DNA of 64,000 nucleotides from Elsinoe ampelina (Eukaryota). The notes below the pieces were generated by a model. The model worked only from the letters and a program-made list of their open reading frames with translations, made no database searches and had not been told where the DNA came from. The stretch lies in assembly GCA_010093995.1 (NCBI GenBank), contig ML992515.1, positions 363,533-427,532 of the forward strand, written 5' to 3'. This document shows, in pieces, positions 11,568 to 23,465 of this stretch (position 1 is its first letter; each line of letters begins with the position of its first letter). The translations under genes and the position numbers were made by a program.

Positions 11568-12744
11568 ATGAAGCCGCCCAAGAATAAGTGTACTCTCAAG
11601 AACGACGGCGTTGTTGACCCTGCCGTCAAAGAAGGCATGACCATACCACGTCGAGCAGAACAGAGTGAACGCGATCTGACTATTCACAGCAGTGCGCGAA
11701 TATCTGGCCGCCGAGAGACGCAGGTTGGGCTTGAGCACTACCACGGAGGACAAGCCGCGGGAATCCAAGAGGGTCACTTTTCGTGAGCCAGACATGGGCG
11801 GGGTAGTCGGAAGGTTCTCGAGCCAGCAAAAGAGCTTGGAAACTACCATCAAGGGGATCGACAAGATGCGCCTATCCAAATCGTCAACAAAGAGATCGTC
11901 GCGCCTCCTACTCCTGCCAGCAGAAATCCGCCGTCAGATCTGGAAAGACGTTTACGCCGGCACAGTGATCATGATCACCGAAACCGGGCACGGCGTGCAT
12001 GATCCGCCCGAATCCGCAAAGGAGCTGTATGAACAGCTCCCTAGTGAGGAAATTCCAAGAGGGGCCACGATCTGGATTCACGGGCTTCCGGGGCAAAGGG
12101 ATTACCGTGGACGACTTGATGGCAAGGAATACTTCAAGATCAGGAAGGAGGTCGAGAACGAAGCCATCCATACCGCTCGCATTCGTCCTGTCCACTCTTT
12201 GGCTCTAGTGTGCAAGTCGATCTCTCAGGAAGCCTTGAGCGCCATGTATGACAACGCAACATTCCACGCCCGAGACTCTGGACGTCTGGAACGATTCGTG
12301 TCTCTGCTGAGTTCTCGTACGATCTCACTCGTCAAGTCCCTTCAGTTCGTCGGGTATGAGGAAAATGATTTACTTCGGCACTGTGGTGAAGTTGAGAAGA
12401 AGGTGCTGGTGCTCAGGCAAGCCGTCAAAGCAATGAGCGGTTTGGAGGAGCTCCATTGCACGTTCTCTGCAGTTACACGGCGGGCACGCTCCGTGATTCG
12501 GGCGGATGCTGAGTGTGCTGAGAGGATTCTGGCCAGCGTCGAGGATGCTTTGCCCATCTCAACCACTAGAGAAGACGGTACACTGTCGCTCCGAAAGTTG
12601 AGATGCACGGTCGTCATCCAGTACCTCGGAAGATCCGATGATTCCGAAGAGATCCCCTGGACGGGGAAGGTCAAAGAAGGACCGCATAGATTCAAAGTCA
12701 TATTCGAGAAGGTTGAGCACCGTTGGATTCCGTGGTTCATTTGA
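11568..12744 (+). CDS. F-box-like/2EXR-type protein, array member 5 (possible GC-AG intron ~11635-11689)
   Basis: LLLLPAEIRRQIWKDVYAG; SLALVCKSISQEALSAMY; SLRKLRCTVVI parallels member 4 SLRSIDCTVVI; upstream exon joins in frame via GC donor, ctgac branch, CAG acceptor. Confidence 0.7.
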
Positions 12745-15700
12745 GTATGAGCGCCGTTGCTGGTAGTACATATCGCCGGTAGTGCGGGTACAAGCATTCA
12801 TCGACGCCAATTTCAATGTATGACTAGGCGTGTGGTAGTACTTCGATGGCGTCGTATAGCCGGGACGCTTCTCGATCGAAGATTCAGCGGACGAAATAGT
12901 TAAAATTTGACCAAATCTCGACAGGTGCGATGCTTCTGTTCTCGTTGGAAGCCGTGTGCCCTTGCACCGTGGATAGTAAGGACTGCTAGAGAAACTACCA
13001 AGGCGCAGCGACTCTGGAATGCAGTTGAGCCAAGTCCTGGTAGGTGGCAATTCCGCTGGTCGTGCTTGCCGGCCATCAAAAAGGACACCCCCTCCGCCTG
13101 ACCACCACTTCTGCGTTCGCTACGGTCGAGGAGAACACAGGTATAGGCGGATTGTCATGCAGCCACGCTTCAGGCATTCCATCTCCAAGGCAGGCCACTG
13201 ACTGCCAGAAAGTCTGACTGCTCGATGCCGGATGCTGGAGAAGGTCCATGCAAACTCATCGCAAGGACGCGCCCCAGTGACGAGAGGCGCGTGGTAGTAT
13301 CTGGGCTCAAGATATCGCCAACCCAAGGACTCTCGGCTTCAGGATTTCGCCGATCGACTGGGACGAAAGAGTGTCCAGACAGTCCCTCATGGTGCGACCC
13401 TAGCGCCAGAAGTATCCGGAAAGGACTTCTGCTGAATGGCAATCTCCCAGATCTCGACCGACCTCCTCTCTACATTCTCAGGCGGCTCACGACTGTGGTG
13501 ACTCAAACGCGATGCTGGCAACAAGCGCCAGATGGCCTAGCGTGTCCCATCATCACAGCGACCTGGTATCCCGCCAGATGTGCCTGGGTCCATATGATAC
13601 AATGTACCCAGCTCTTGGTTCTGCTGGAAGCTTGCTGCGCCCTTGAAGGAACCATTCCGCTACGATTTGTGCAGAAGCTTGAGGGTTGACCCGGCGTGTC
13701 GGTCTTCATTCGACCTTGTACTACTGGCTAATCGAAACGGAGATCGTGGAGGCGTTGTGCTGCTCGAGTGTCGACCAGACGCATGTTGTGAGCATCCGAA
13801 CTCGAAGATCCACTGAGGCCCAAGAAAGCAGGGCCGTCGAGTGAGACGGCTGCACAGGCGTCTGGGGCAGCTGAGAGTCTCTTTGACAGAAGGCTTAGAG
13901 GTAGAACATGCAGCTATAGCGCCATGAATGTCCTGCGTGGTATTCGTCGTCGTGATAGGGATCGATAGCTCGCAGACATTGTTGCTCACATCATCCTTGG
14001 CTAGGTGCTACAGGCAGCGTGCGGCGCCATTTGCGGCGGATGGGGAGTTGAGATCCGCATTCGCTACACGCTACGACGATGGCAGAGGACGTTGGGAGCA
14101 TACAAACATTGCCGACGAGTATTCTGGTTGTAATATAGTCGTGAGAGGATGGGTTGGAGAAAGCCGCACGTGGACCCGACTTGATTTTGGATTAGACTTT
14201 TGCCGAGGCCAGCACCTAGTGCTACATACATGTCCATCATGCACCCTGCTTCTTCCTTGGAGCGCTCGTACATATCAGATAATGCTGGTATACAACTCAC
14301 TTCTTGCTCACCTCCCTGCTCTTGTCTACTGTCATGTGCTGCCTTGGAGCTGGTAGTTCCTCGCCCTTTAGACTACCAGACATGGAGCAGCAAGCCGTTG
14401 GTGTTATTGGTGGTGGCCATAGCTGGTAGTTCCCTCCATCCCAAACTACCTGACTTGATGCAAGCGTCTCACATTGTTCATGCCCTGGTGCCTTGAGAGC
14501 TGGTAGCTTTACTCAAGTAATACTACCAGAAATGTCAATCCCAGGCTGCGTGGAGGGACCAGCCGCCACAATGGCTGCTGTTCTGTTGGAATTCGCGGAG
14601 CACCACTCAAGATTGCACGGAGAAGTACTGCCAGAGGTGTAGCGTACTAACATCAGGAGGAAGGACACAGCTCAATTATTTGGTAGTCCTGGCGGTTGGA
14701 TCTATCAGGTCGACCCATGAAATGGACGGATCTGAATTGCAAAGGCACCCGGCCCGGTAGGCGGGCTCTGCAGAATGTGGAACCGAATCAATCTACACCT
14801 AGAGCCATCGCGGCACCTCGGCCAACAAGACACCTCCGTCACTCCTCATCCGACGAGTCTCTCAACCCAGTTCTTTCCCTCCTTTCCGTTCTCAACCTCT
14901 TCTTCATCTGCTCGTGTCTTGCTGGAGTAGGTCTGAGAGTACCGTGACTTTGTGCTGAATATCTGCTAGTGGCTAGCTCGCAAAGTCTTTGTGAACGAAA
15001 AGGCTCTGCAGCCTGAGCTCAATCATGTTGCATGTGGAAGCGGACTAATGCAGGCGGGGCAAACATCCTTGCAAATCCGATGTCGATCAGTGGCGCAGGT
15101 CGTTGTTGTGGTCCCTGCATTGCCTATGCAAACGATCTACGGACGTACCAGGCTACTAAGGAGCATGTCGGCGTACACTGTACCGGAGGTAGGTCCGCCA
15201 GAGGGGCAGGATTGATACGATGTGCCATGGAAAAGTCTGCCCAGTCTACCTTGCCTGCCCGACCGACCAGAATTCTGCGGTGCTAAATCGGCCAGCATGT
15301 CGTTGCTGTCCAATCGAATGGCACTTTGACTTATCTTGGGCGTGCCTTGTACATCTCAGTGGTTGTCGGATGCCAGAAGCGAATTTTAATATTCCGTGCC
15401 TTCGTCGCACGACGTCACCTGGTCTGTATGGACGACTCAAGAGCGTCCGTGATCAATCTTCAGCTCAGGTCATTCTATCACAACAATCTGTCAGGACATT
15501 TGCGTGGTTCCCCTGATGAACTGGTGCTCATGCGAGCACGGGGCAACGCAGTAAATGGGAAGGACGTGTAGCCCGTGAGGTCGTGCTGCAGCCATATCAT
15601 TGCTGGTGGTGTTGTGGAGGGCGGGGATTGTTGCCGAGGCCCCCGGGTTAGGAGGGGGGAGAGATGTGGGGGTAGGGGGAGTTAGTTGGGGGAGATTGGG

Positions 15701-15842
15701 TCCCAACCAATTTTGCAGTGCAGTCTATATCTTCTTCCATCTAATCTTGGGACAGCATATCGATACAGTAGTCCATACCTGGACCGGACCCGCTCAACGG
15801 AACACATCAAGACTTGCCATTCTTGCACTTGCCCTTGCCTTG

Positions 15843-17765
15843 TCAGAATCTGGACTGTGAACCACCATAGCCTTGGAATGGATTCGTACTCGGAGCTGCA
15901 CCGTCATCGAGATCGAATGGGTTGACGCCGGCAAGGTAGTCGGTACCGAGAGGAGAGCGGTTACTACCAGCGCTGAATGAAGTTTGCACACTTGACGTGC
16001 TACCAGCGGGCGGGTTGCTGCGTGGTCGACCAAAGAGGGCGCCAAATGCCTCGCCGGGCGCACTTTTCGGTGCTGGCTTTGGTGGAGGGGGCACATCCGT
16101 TTTACTCTGCACCTCGCCAAACCCTGGTAGTTGTAAATTACCAAGTTTGCTGCCCGAGAGCCCGCTTTTCAGAGGTCTGCTGCCAGAACCGGCCATTCCT
16201 TGGGCAGGGATTGGAGAACCAGGGCCAAATTTTCCCATACGAGGAGATGGAGCGCCGAATACCGGATTTGCAGTACCAGGAGCAGCACCACTGGCCGCTG
16301 GCAATGCGCTCCAAGCGCTGGCAGGTCGCGGAGTTGTGTTTTCGCCTAGATATGGCGCATCTTTCAGGATCTGAGCCTTGAGGGCTCGAACGCGCTCTAG
16401 GCGCGATGCCGGTCGAGTACCGGTATCTTGCTGAACTTCAGTGGCGGATTCGGTGGCGAGCGGCTTGTCCGTCTGTTGGATGTCTGAGAGCTGTTGTCTG
16501 AGAGCAGACCTTTCCTTTGTGGCCTTATTCATCTGTGCCTGGTGCGCTTTTGCTTGATCGTTCTGAATCTGCTGGATCTTGCGGACCTCCCTGCGCCAAT
16601 GGGCGACTTCTGACCGCAGACTGCTCTCGCCCTGTCTCAAAGCAGAGATGTCTTCCTTTCGGCGTCTCTCGTAATCCTGAGCTGCTTCATACAAGCCTTT
16701 GTTGAACATCTTCTCGCGGTCGAACTGTTCGTCCTTCATCCGGCGAAGTCTGGCCTCTGGAGAGCCCTGCAGCTCATGGAGCTGTCTTTGCTCATCGCCT
16801 TCAATTGGGCCTGGTTGATTTTGTCGTATGCCTCCAGCTCTTGGATCTTCACCTGTTGCAAGTTGACTTGGCTTTGGAGTTCTTCACAGGTCTTCTTAAT
16901 ATGTCGAAGAGCCCTTCCCATCGGGGTCTCTGGTTCCGTGTCGGACATTGCTGTAGCGCTGGAGTCTCGTCAATGACCGAACCAGACATGACTGAAATAG
17001 TGACTCACCTACGCTCTGCTTCACCTTCTTGACCAACCTGCACTTCCACATCTTCGACCCTGGACATAGAAGTCCCAAGATTGTCGTCCGCCGAATCAGC
17101 TCTAGCTGTGTGTTCGAGCGCCTGGTCCTTCTTTCGATCTGCTTTTCGGGCCATGTCGATCAGTGTCACCATGGCATCCTCCACCTGATGCAACGACCAA
17201 GCTCCATGTCCGTCGTGCGTGATACCAAGGTCCTGGAGAACTTCCCTGACAGACTGTTTCAATGGATAAAACCGTTGTGACCAGTATGTTGACGCCAGAT
17301 CCTGAGCCAGAACACGTGGAACAATATCTTCTCCTTCGCCCGGAATGTGGAGGCCCAAAAGACGTCCTTGATGCCGGCCTAGAAATTTTTCGAATCGTTC
17401 TGCGGATGTTTCATCATCTCCGTCGTACTGTTCGGCTACGGTGATGATTTGTTCCACAAAATCCTGGCGTGTTGCCTCGACATGTGCCTGCCAGGAGCGA
17501 CAACCGGCGGCCATGCACCTTTCTTCGACGATGGCTGTAGCTTCAGGATTGAGCCCAATTGTATCCATATTATGGCGGAGCTGGGTGACACGTTCGAGCT
17601 TCCTGTGATTCATCTTCATCAGCATGCTGTAAAATGCACCAGGTTCTGGTAGTGCTGTTGCTTTTCAACTACCAGGCCGGAGGAAGGATCTTACCTCAAA
17701 TTTGCAACTGCCTCCCAGAGAGATGCATCGTAATCTTCCAGCGTGATGGGCTTGGTTGAACTCAT
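15843..17765 (-). pseudogene. Orphan coiled-coil protein family A, copy A1 (two introns, one frameshift near 16790)
   Basis: ATG 17765; GT-AG introns 17627-17694 and 16959-17008 join ORFs 17005-17625 and 16736-16948 in frame; continuing into ORF 15843-16739 needs a frameshift; N-domain (VEERCMAAG, TYWSQRFYP, HDGHGAWSLHQVE) matches ORF 23466-25700. Confidence 0.7.
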
Positions 17766-18077
17766 TGTTGCGGTGAAGGGTGAAATTCCGAATTCTGGAC
17801 TGGCACGGAAAATTCTTCAACTCCAAAAGAGGCCAGAAAATGTGCTGATCGCGTTCCGCTTGCCCATACTACAGACCAACTCTAGTGGACTTGTATTGGG
17901 ATGAGAGTTCCAAACGCGGCAAATTTCTGCACCAGTCACCTCAAGGCCTCATTCTAGAGGCATCTAATCACACGGAACGATCGTCAGATGACTTCCGAAT
18001 AGACCCACAAGACCGGTTGCTCTGTCAAGGTGTTTTGTCTGCAATGTCAAGTAGCTCGAGCATAGAGGTCTTTACGT

Positions 18078-18267
18078 GGGAATTGTTATCGAGTGACTAC
18101 GTTTGAATTATTAACGTACCCTAGGGGGTTAAGTAGTACACCCTCTTAAGTAGCAGTTTGTAATTAGCCCGGTCGGAAGTACTTAAGCTATATGTTTTTC
18201 ATGAAGCTTGTCCAGAAATAATGTAGTCACTTAATAACCAAAGCGCGGTCACCCGATAACAATTCCC
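18078..18267. mobile_element. ~190 bp MITE-like element / inverted repeat with 37 bp arms, lightly RIP-mutated
   Basis: gggaattgttatcgagtgactacgtttgaattattaa (18078-18114) vs reverse complement of 18231-18267 gggaattgttatcgggtgaccgcgctttggttattaa; AT-rich interior; no clean TSD. Confidence 0.65.
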
Positions 18268-18510
18268 CTGTTTGAGGTAGGACAGCTCTTCCCCTACCAG
18301 GTCCCAAAATTTTCAAGGTTCAAACAGCATCAATCACGCGCTGGCTCATCTGCCCTAGTCCCGTCTCTGGCCGCCACCGCGGCCTGTTCCCATTGAGCTG
18401 GTGGAAGGAGGCTGCCTTCGAAGTCGCTTGACCCACTCATCTCTCGGCGATCGATCATCGACACGCTCTGCGAGGAACCAATATCTGCGATAATTCACAA
18501 GCTCCCCTCA

Positions 18511-18623
18511 GTCTCACCTATCACATCCGTCTCATCTATCACATCCGTCTCATCTATCACATCCGTCTCATCTATCACATCCGTCTCATCTATCACATCC
18601 GTCTCATCTATCACATCCGTCTC
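18511..18623 (+). repeat. 18-bp tandem repeat (GTCTCATCTATCACATCC) x ~6.3
   Basis: Six consecutive units, only the first with one mismatch, plus a 5-bp partial unit; ~115 bp upstream of the B1 ATG. Confidence 0.97.
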
Positions 18624-18737
18624 CGCTCAGCACTTGAAACGTCGACCGTCAAGAACTTCACCTGCTTCGAGTTTGTTCATCTCACAGACTTAGAAGAGAT
18701 CAGCCGACCCAGGCTGCTCTATCATAATACAGCAGCT

Positions 18738-20608
18738 ATGGTGTCGGCTACCAAGGCCATGTCCAGCGATGATCAGCCACCTCCCGAACCGGCACCTCTT
18801 GTTGATGCTCGCTACGTTACTAGTCGCACCGCCAACGCCCTCAACATACTACTAAGTGATCTCACGGAGGCCTCCAAAGCCATCAAAGACCAAGGCACCG
18901 ATGCAGACACTCTAGATGCGGCCGCAGAGGCGGTCACAGAAACAGCAAACGAGGCCAAAGATCTGTTGCGAATGCTCAGGAAAGGTATGGAAGCAAAGCT
19001 ACAATCCTCACAAACATTAAAAAACAGAGTCGTCACCGGTCTGGAGGCTGCAAGTAGCTCGATCGACTCCTCTGCGACCGCCACAGTAGAGGCTCTCGAC
19101 AAGATGGAAAAGGCCACAAGCGCTGCTGTGGAGCGATGCGAGCAGATTGGCGACGTTCAAATTGACCTCACAAACCTTGTAAACGGTGACACTCCACATC
19201 AGCAGGCGTACATGGGCAAGATTCAGGCAATCACAGAGGACATGACGACGTACTATCAACAAGCGTCGAATGACCGCCAATACTTTGTCAATCCAATCGA
19301 CAGACACCCCAACAAACAGCTCACCCAGAGCCGTCTCCAGCATGTTGTGGACGAGAGTTTCCGGCGCCTCATCCAGCCAGCTCTCAGCAAACTTAACTCA
19401 GAAGCCATCCACACCGTCGAGAGTCGCCACCAGGAGCTCATCCAACTTCATGCAGAGGCCGAGCGTCTAAAAACTCAGAATGGACAGCTATACCATCAGC
19501 TTAGCATCGCGACTGGAACAACTGGTGGCAGTTTGGTGGAGACCGACAATGCACAGATGACACAAGTCCAGACCTCCAACCAAGAGCTACGTGCAGCATA
19601 CTCTACACTACTTCAGACCCATGCAACTCTGCAGGCCGAATATGAAAATGCCATGAAAGAGGGAAGGAGGATATTCTCGGAATTGGAATCAGTGAAAAGG
19701 GAATTCCAGCAACTTCAGACCAAATCTCAGGACTACGAGCAATCTAGTGGTCAACAGGTTCTCAATCTCGCCAATCAACTCAGGCAAGAGCAAGAGAAGA
19801 CCCGTAAGCTGCGTTATGACAACGAAGATTTGATCTACAACCAAAACAAGTACAGGTACAGGGAGAGGGCTCATCGAGTGGAGAGTAATATCGAGCTGCC
19901 CGATATCAGTACGTCACGGCTCCGACGACAGGAGGATCATGAAGATTTCCTGGAGGGAGGTTCTGCTCGTCCCCGGAAGCATGGAGCATCGTCGCCGGTG
20001 GGAGCCCACAAAAGCGCGTCAACAGGGTGGTCGTTGAGGCCGACGTGTTGCAATCCTTGATAGCGCAAGCCGCGGACACTCAGAACAGAACTGGTAGTAA
20101 CCAGAGCAACGACGGCATCACTGCTACAGGACAAATCGACTTCGACAATGAACTGGAGCAGCTCGTCCACCAGTACCGCGACCGGGCGCACATTCCTGCT
20201 GGAGTGTGGCAATCTCTTGTCCCCTACAATACACATACCTCAGGGACTAGGTATACCGCTGGCGCTGCACAGAGCCACATGGAAGCGTCAGGCGCAAGCG
20301 TACTCGGTAGACCGGAGCTTGAGAACCAGCTAGCACCACAACCAAATCCCAGCACTCTACGCACCTTTGGCGGTCCACCGCAACATTCAGGCGTTAGCAT
20401 CTTCAATCGAACAGGCTTTCCTGTCACAGAAACTCGTCCCCAACCTGGTGCGTATGATGGCTCGGCTAGCAAGACCGAAGGGTCTCCCGCGCCGAGATAT
20501 GTGCGATTCGATGAAACGCCCAAGCCAACGACAATGGCTTCCTCTTGCCGCCTAACAATCCAGTCAGGTCGGCCCTCCGCCTCCATCAGCCCTTTCGGGT
20601 CATCTTGA
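18738..20608 (+). pseudogene. Orphan coiled-coil protein family B, copy B1 (frameshift near 20010)
   Basis: 440-aa coiled-coil ORF continuing in another frame as KRVNRVVVEADV...; shares RTANAL/RTLDAL, LQH......IQPALSKL/IQH......IAPELQKM and RKHGASSP/KRGATSP with B3. Confidence 0.6.
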
Positions 20609-20789
20609 TGCTTTCGCTACGACTGGGAGGACATATATACCCCTTCGCGGAGGTCCTAGATTTCCTTTCTCCGTAGTTCAATTACATGGTTAGCATTTTT
20701 TCTATAGAAAAACAGTAATGACAACCCTTTTCGATAATCATTTGTCAGTATGTTAGCTATAGACACAGAAATCAAAAACAGTATTCTTA

Positions 20790-21800
20790 CCATCGTTCCC
20801 CTGGTATTTTCATGAGAAGAATACCACCAGGCCGCATGGCTTACCTTGCCTTACCTGTCTCCCTGCCTGAAATCTGGTAGTACCACTTTGAAGGTACTGA
20901 CAGCTTGGACCTTGTTCGTCTTGTCTGCCTCCGGTCTGCCCCTTCACCCTTGAGTCTTTTACAGAATCCTACTACCCTGCCTCATGGCTTCCTCCCTCGG
21001 TGATCTGTTCTCCTGCCCATCGTCTGGCAAGTACTACCAGCTTTCCACTGCTTTGCTGTGCCCACCTGAATCTGTCCTTTCCTCTCTGGTAGTTCCACAG
21101 GAAAAACCTTACCCAGCCGCATGGTTCTGCTTGGTGACCTGTTTTCCCATCTATAATCTGGTAATCTAGCAGCTCAGATACTATCAGGCATGTACCACTT
21201 TGCCTTGTCTGCCACTTGCCCCGTTAGCTCTGGTGGTTGTATCAGAGAAATACTACCAGTGCGTACGTTCACCTTGGAGACCTGTCTCTTGGGCCAGAAT
21301 CTGGTGGTGATACCAGCTCTGCCCTTTGTTTCATCTGCCTGAAGTCCGCGCCTCTCCCTGGTAGTCTTTGAACGTCAAACCGTACCAGGCTGCATGGCTT
21401 GGCTCGTCCTCCTCTGTTCATTCTGGTGATGATGCTCACAAGATCCCGCAAGTCATGTGCTGCCCAGCTTCTCTCTGTAGCCGCAGCCTGACTCTGGTAG
21501 TATCTGGCTGTGAGATCCTACCAGCCTACCATATCGTAAAGCTTACCTTACTCCCGTCTCTTTGTCCTGAAAGGCATGCTTACAGGATCATGACAGCTGT
21601 GCGCCGCTCATCTTAACTACGTGTATGTGTGTGTTGTCCCTCCTGGCTTTCAATTGCGGTAGTGATGCTCGCAAGGTCCTACCAGCTGTGCTCATGAGTT
21701 CGGTCTGCCCCTTCTGATTCTCTTGAGGTCGAGAGGAAGGTGATACCTGATTGCTTCCCTCGCCATACTTGCCTGCTTCTCCTTCTCCATGATATGGTTG
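20790..21800 (+). repeat. Degenerate minisatellite array built from CTGGTAGT-N14-ACTACCAG dyads and gcatggcttacctt..cctgtctccctgcctgaaat linkers
   Basis: Units recur every ~60-140 bp (dyads at 20874, 21158, 21230, 21494, 21657); homologous to 29990-30218 (inverted), 42255-42590 and 46210-46525. Confidence 0.85.
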
Positions 21801-22045
21801 TGCTGTTCGCCCAAGGGTCCAGGCCATACGCTGCCTGAGCCCTCCACCCCCGTCCTGTTCCCCATCCCAACTCTCAATATGCTAGGATAGCTCTCCAAAT
21901 ACAAGTTAATAAGGACGTAATTTTGCTGTACCTCTATACCTCCGCTTCGAGATACTAATAGTATATAACTCCTCAATTAATACTACTATAACCATGATTA
22001 TTTGGCAATACAATCAATCATGATTGATTGTGGTCTTCACTGGTC

Positions 22046-23341
22046 TCAACGTTGTTCGAGTTGTTTGCGGCGGTATGCCTCGCGGTCTTGGTTGACTTTG
22101 ACCTGCTGGTCGTGTGCGTCCTCGGGGAGACCGATGATGCCCAGTTTGATGGTGGTCTCAGGCTTGTCAACAGCCTGTTGCTGTGAGAAGACGCATGCCT
22201 TGCCTGTACCCGCACAGTGTGGGCACTTCTGCCCATTCATAGCCATCTCGTACGTCCAATCTGTGCCTGCTGGGTATGATCCTAGACCCACCGAGTTCAT
22301 ACACCTTGTCCCTCTATTCACAGCTAGGAAGAGGCGGTTGTTTTTGCGCTTTCTTGGGTCCATCGGCTTGTTCGACCAGTGTCCTTGCTTTAATTCAAGG
22401 ATGTGTTTCTTATTTGTGTCACCGACCATGGAAGCGTTAATCCAGGACTCACTGTCGATAAAAGCATCAGTGAGGACAAATCTCTCGGGGGCAGGCAGCT
22501 GGTCGGACCCTGCCGCGGGGGATGACTGGGGGAGGCTGGTGGTGCTGGTGTGGCCACGAAGCTGGCGGACTGATGCCGAAGAACTACCAGCGGCAGAGGA
22601 GCGGTCTATGATACCACCAGGCTTGACGGTAGGCTTCACTGTGCTCGAAGGCTTCGGGGGTGAACCGGTGAAAATAGGATTAGATTTCTGCTTGCGGATT
22701 TGTTTGAAAGGTGAAGCTGGCCGAGGGAGATCTGGTAGGTTGAAGGTTGTTTGCTTGGTCTTGCGATTGAAAAGGCTCTTCAAGGGAATACTGCCCTCAA
22801 CCGACTCAGTGACTTCGCCTGGAATACTCGCAGCCTCCGATGGTGCAGCCTCCGATGGTACTGGAGATGGTCCGAAGCGCGGGTGCAGCTGCCCAAATTG
22901 CCCGCCGCCGAAAGTTGGAATGGGTGTCTCCTCCTGACCGAACCTTTCAGGTTCGCGCCATGGAGTACTACCAGGCTGATTCGCAGTTCCAAAGCTTGCA
23001 AATCCGCTTGGTTGGCCGCCAAACGGCACTGCAGGCACTCCCTGACCGAACAGCTGGGCGGCAGGCGGTGGATTCGTTTGATATAATGAAGCGACGTGTT
23101 GAGCAATCTTTGCCATCAGATGATCGTCTCTGGTGGTAAGGGAAGTATCTGATCGCACTCGCTTCATCGAAGCGCCCGCCGGCGATGTAGGCCCGCGCTT
23201 GCAATGAAGTGAACACCTGGTAGTACCCACGGCACCTGGTAGTAACTTTAGCTGACTGGTTGTTTGATGGATCGATGCGTTGATGGGTTGATGAGCCGAC
23301 GATATGACAAGCGAAAGGAGGGGCGGGAATTGCTCAGACAA
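22046..23341 (-). pseudogene. Family B copy B2, apparently 5'-truncated (C-terminal half only) with Cys-rich C-terminal domain
   Basis: Homology to B3 begins at KRGPTSPAGASMKRVRSDTSL (~23200); conserved C-domain FIDSESWINAS..DTNKKHIL..KQ..W...NRLFLAVNRGTRCMNS...WTYEMAMNGQKCPHC...CVFSQ..KLGIIGLP; N-terminal coiled coil absent. Confidence 0.7.
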
Positions 23342-23465
23342 TAAAAATCGGCCTCCGATTCAGTCACATTCCAACAATTTATACCGTAGCTTCATGGGAC
23401 AGCTGCGCTTCTTGACTTATTTTGAATCATAAGGTAGTACGTAGAATAGCTGTCATCACATCGGA

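Noticed and set aside
12800..15800. Many short ORFs and a coding-like minus-strand fragment near 14835-14945
   Set aside because: No coherent gene model or recognisable motif; at most a gene relic.
18078..18090. GGAATTGTTATC resembles the lac operator (vector contamination)
   Set aside because: Match is only ~12 bp, continues differently from lacO and belongs to a native 37-bp inverted repeat.
18511..18623. Possible CRISPR array
   Set aside because: Units are contiguous with no unique spacers, context is eukaryotic and no cas genes are present; simple VNTR.
20790..21800. CRISPR-like repeat-spacer reading of the dyad array
   Set aside because: Repeats are degenerate, irregularly spaced and the linkers are homologous to one another.
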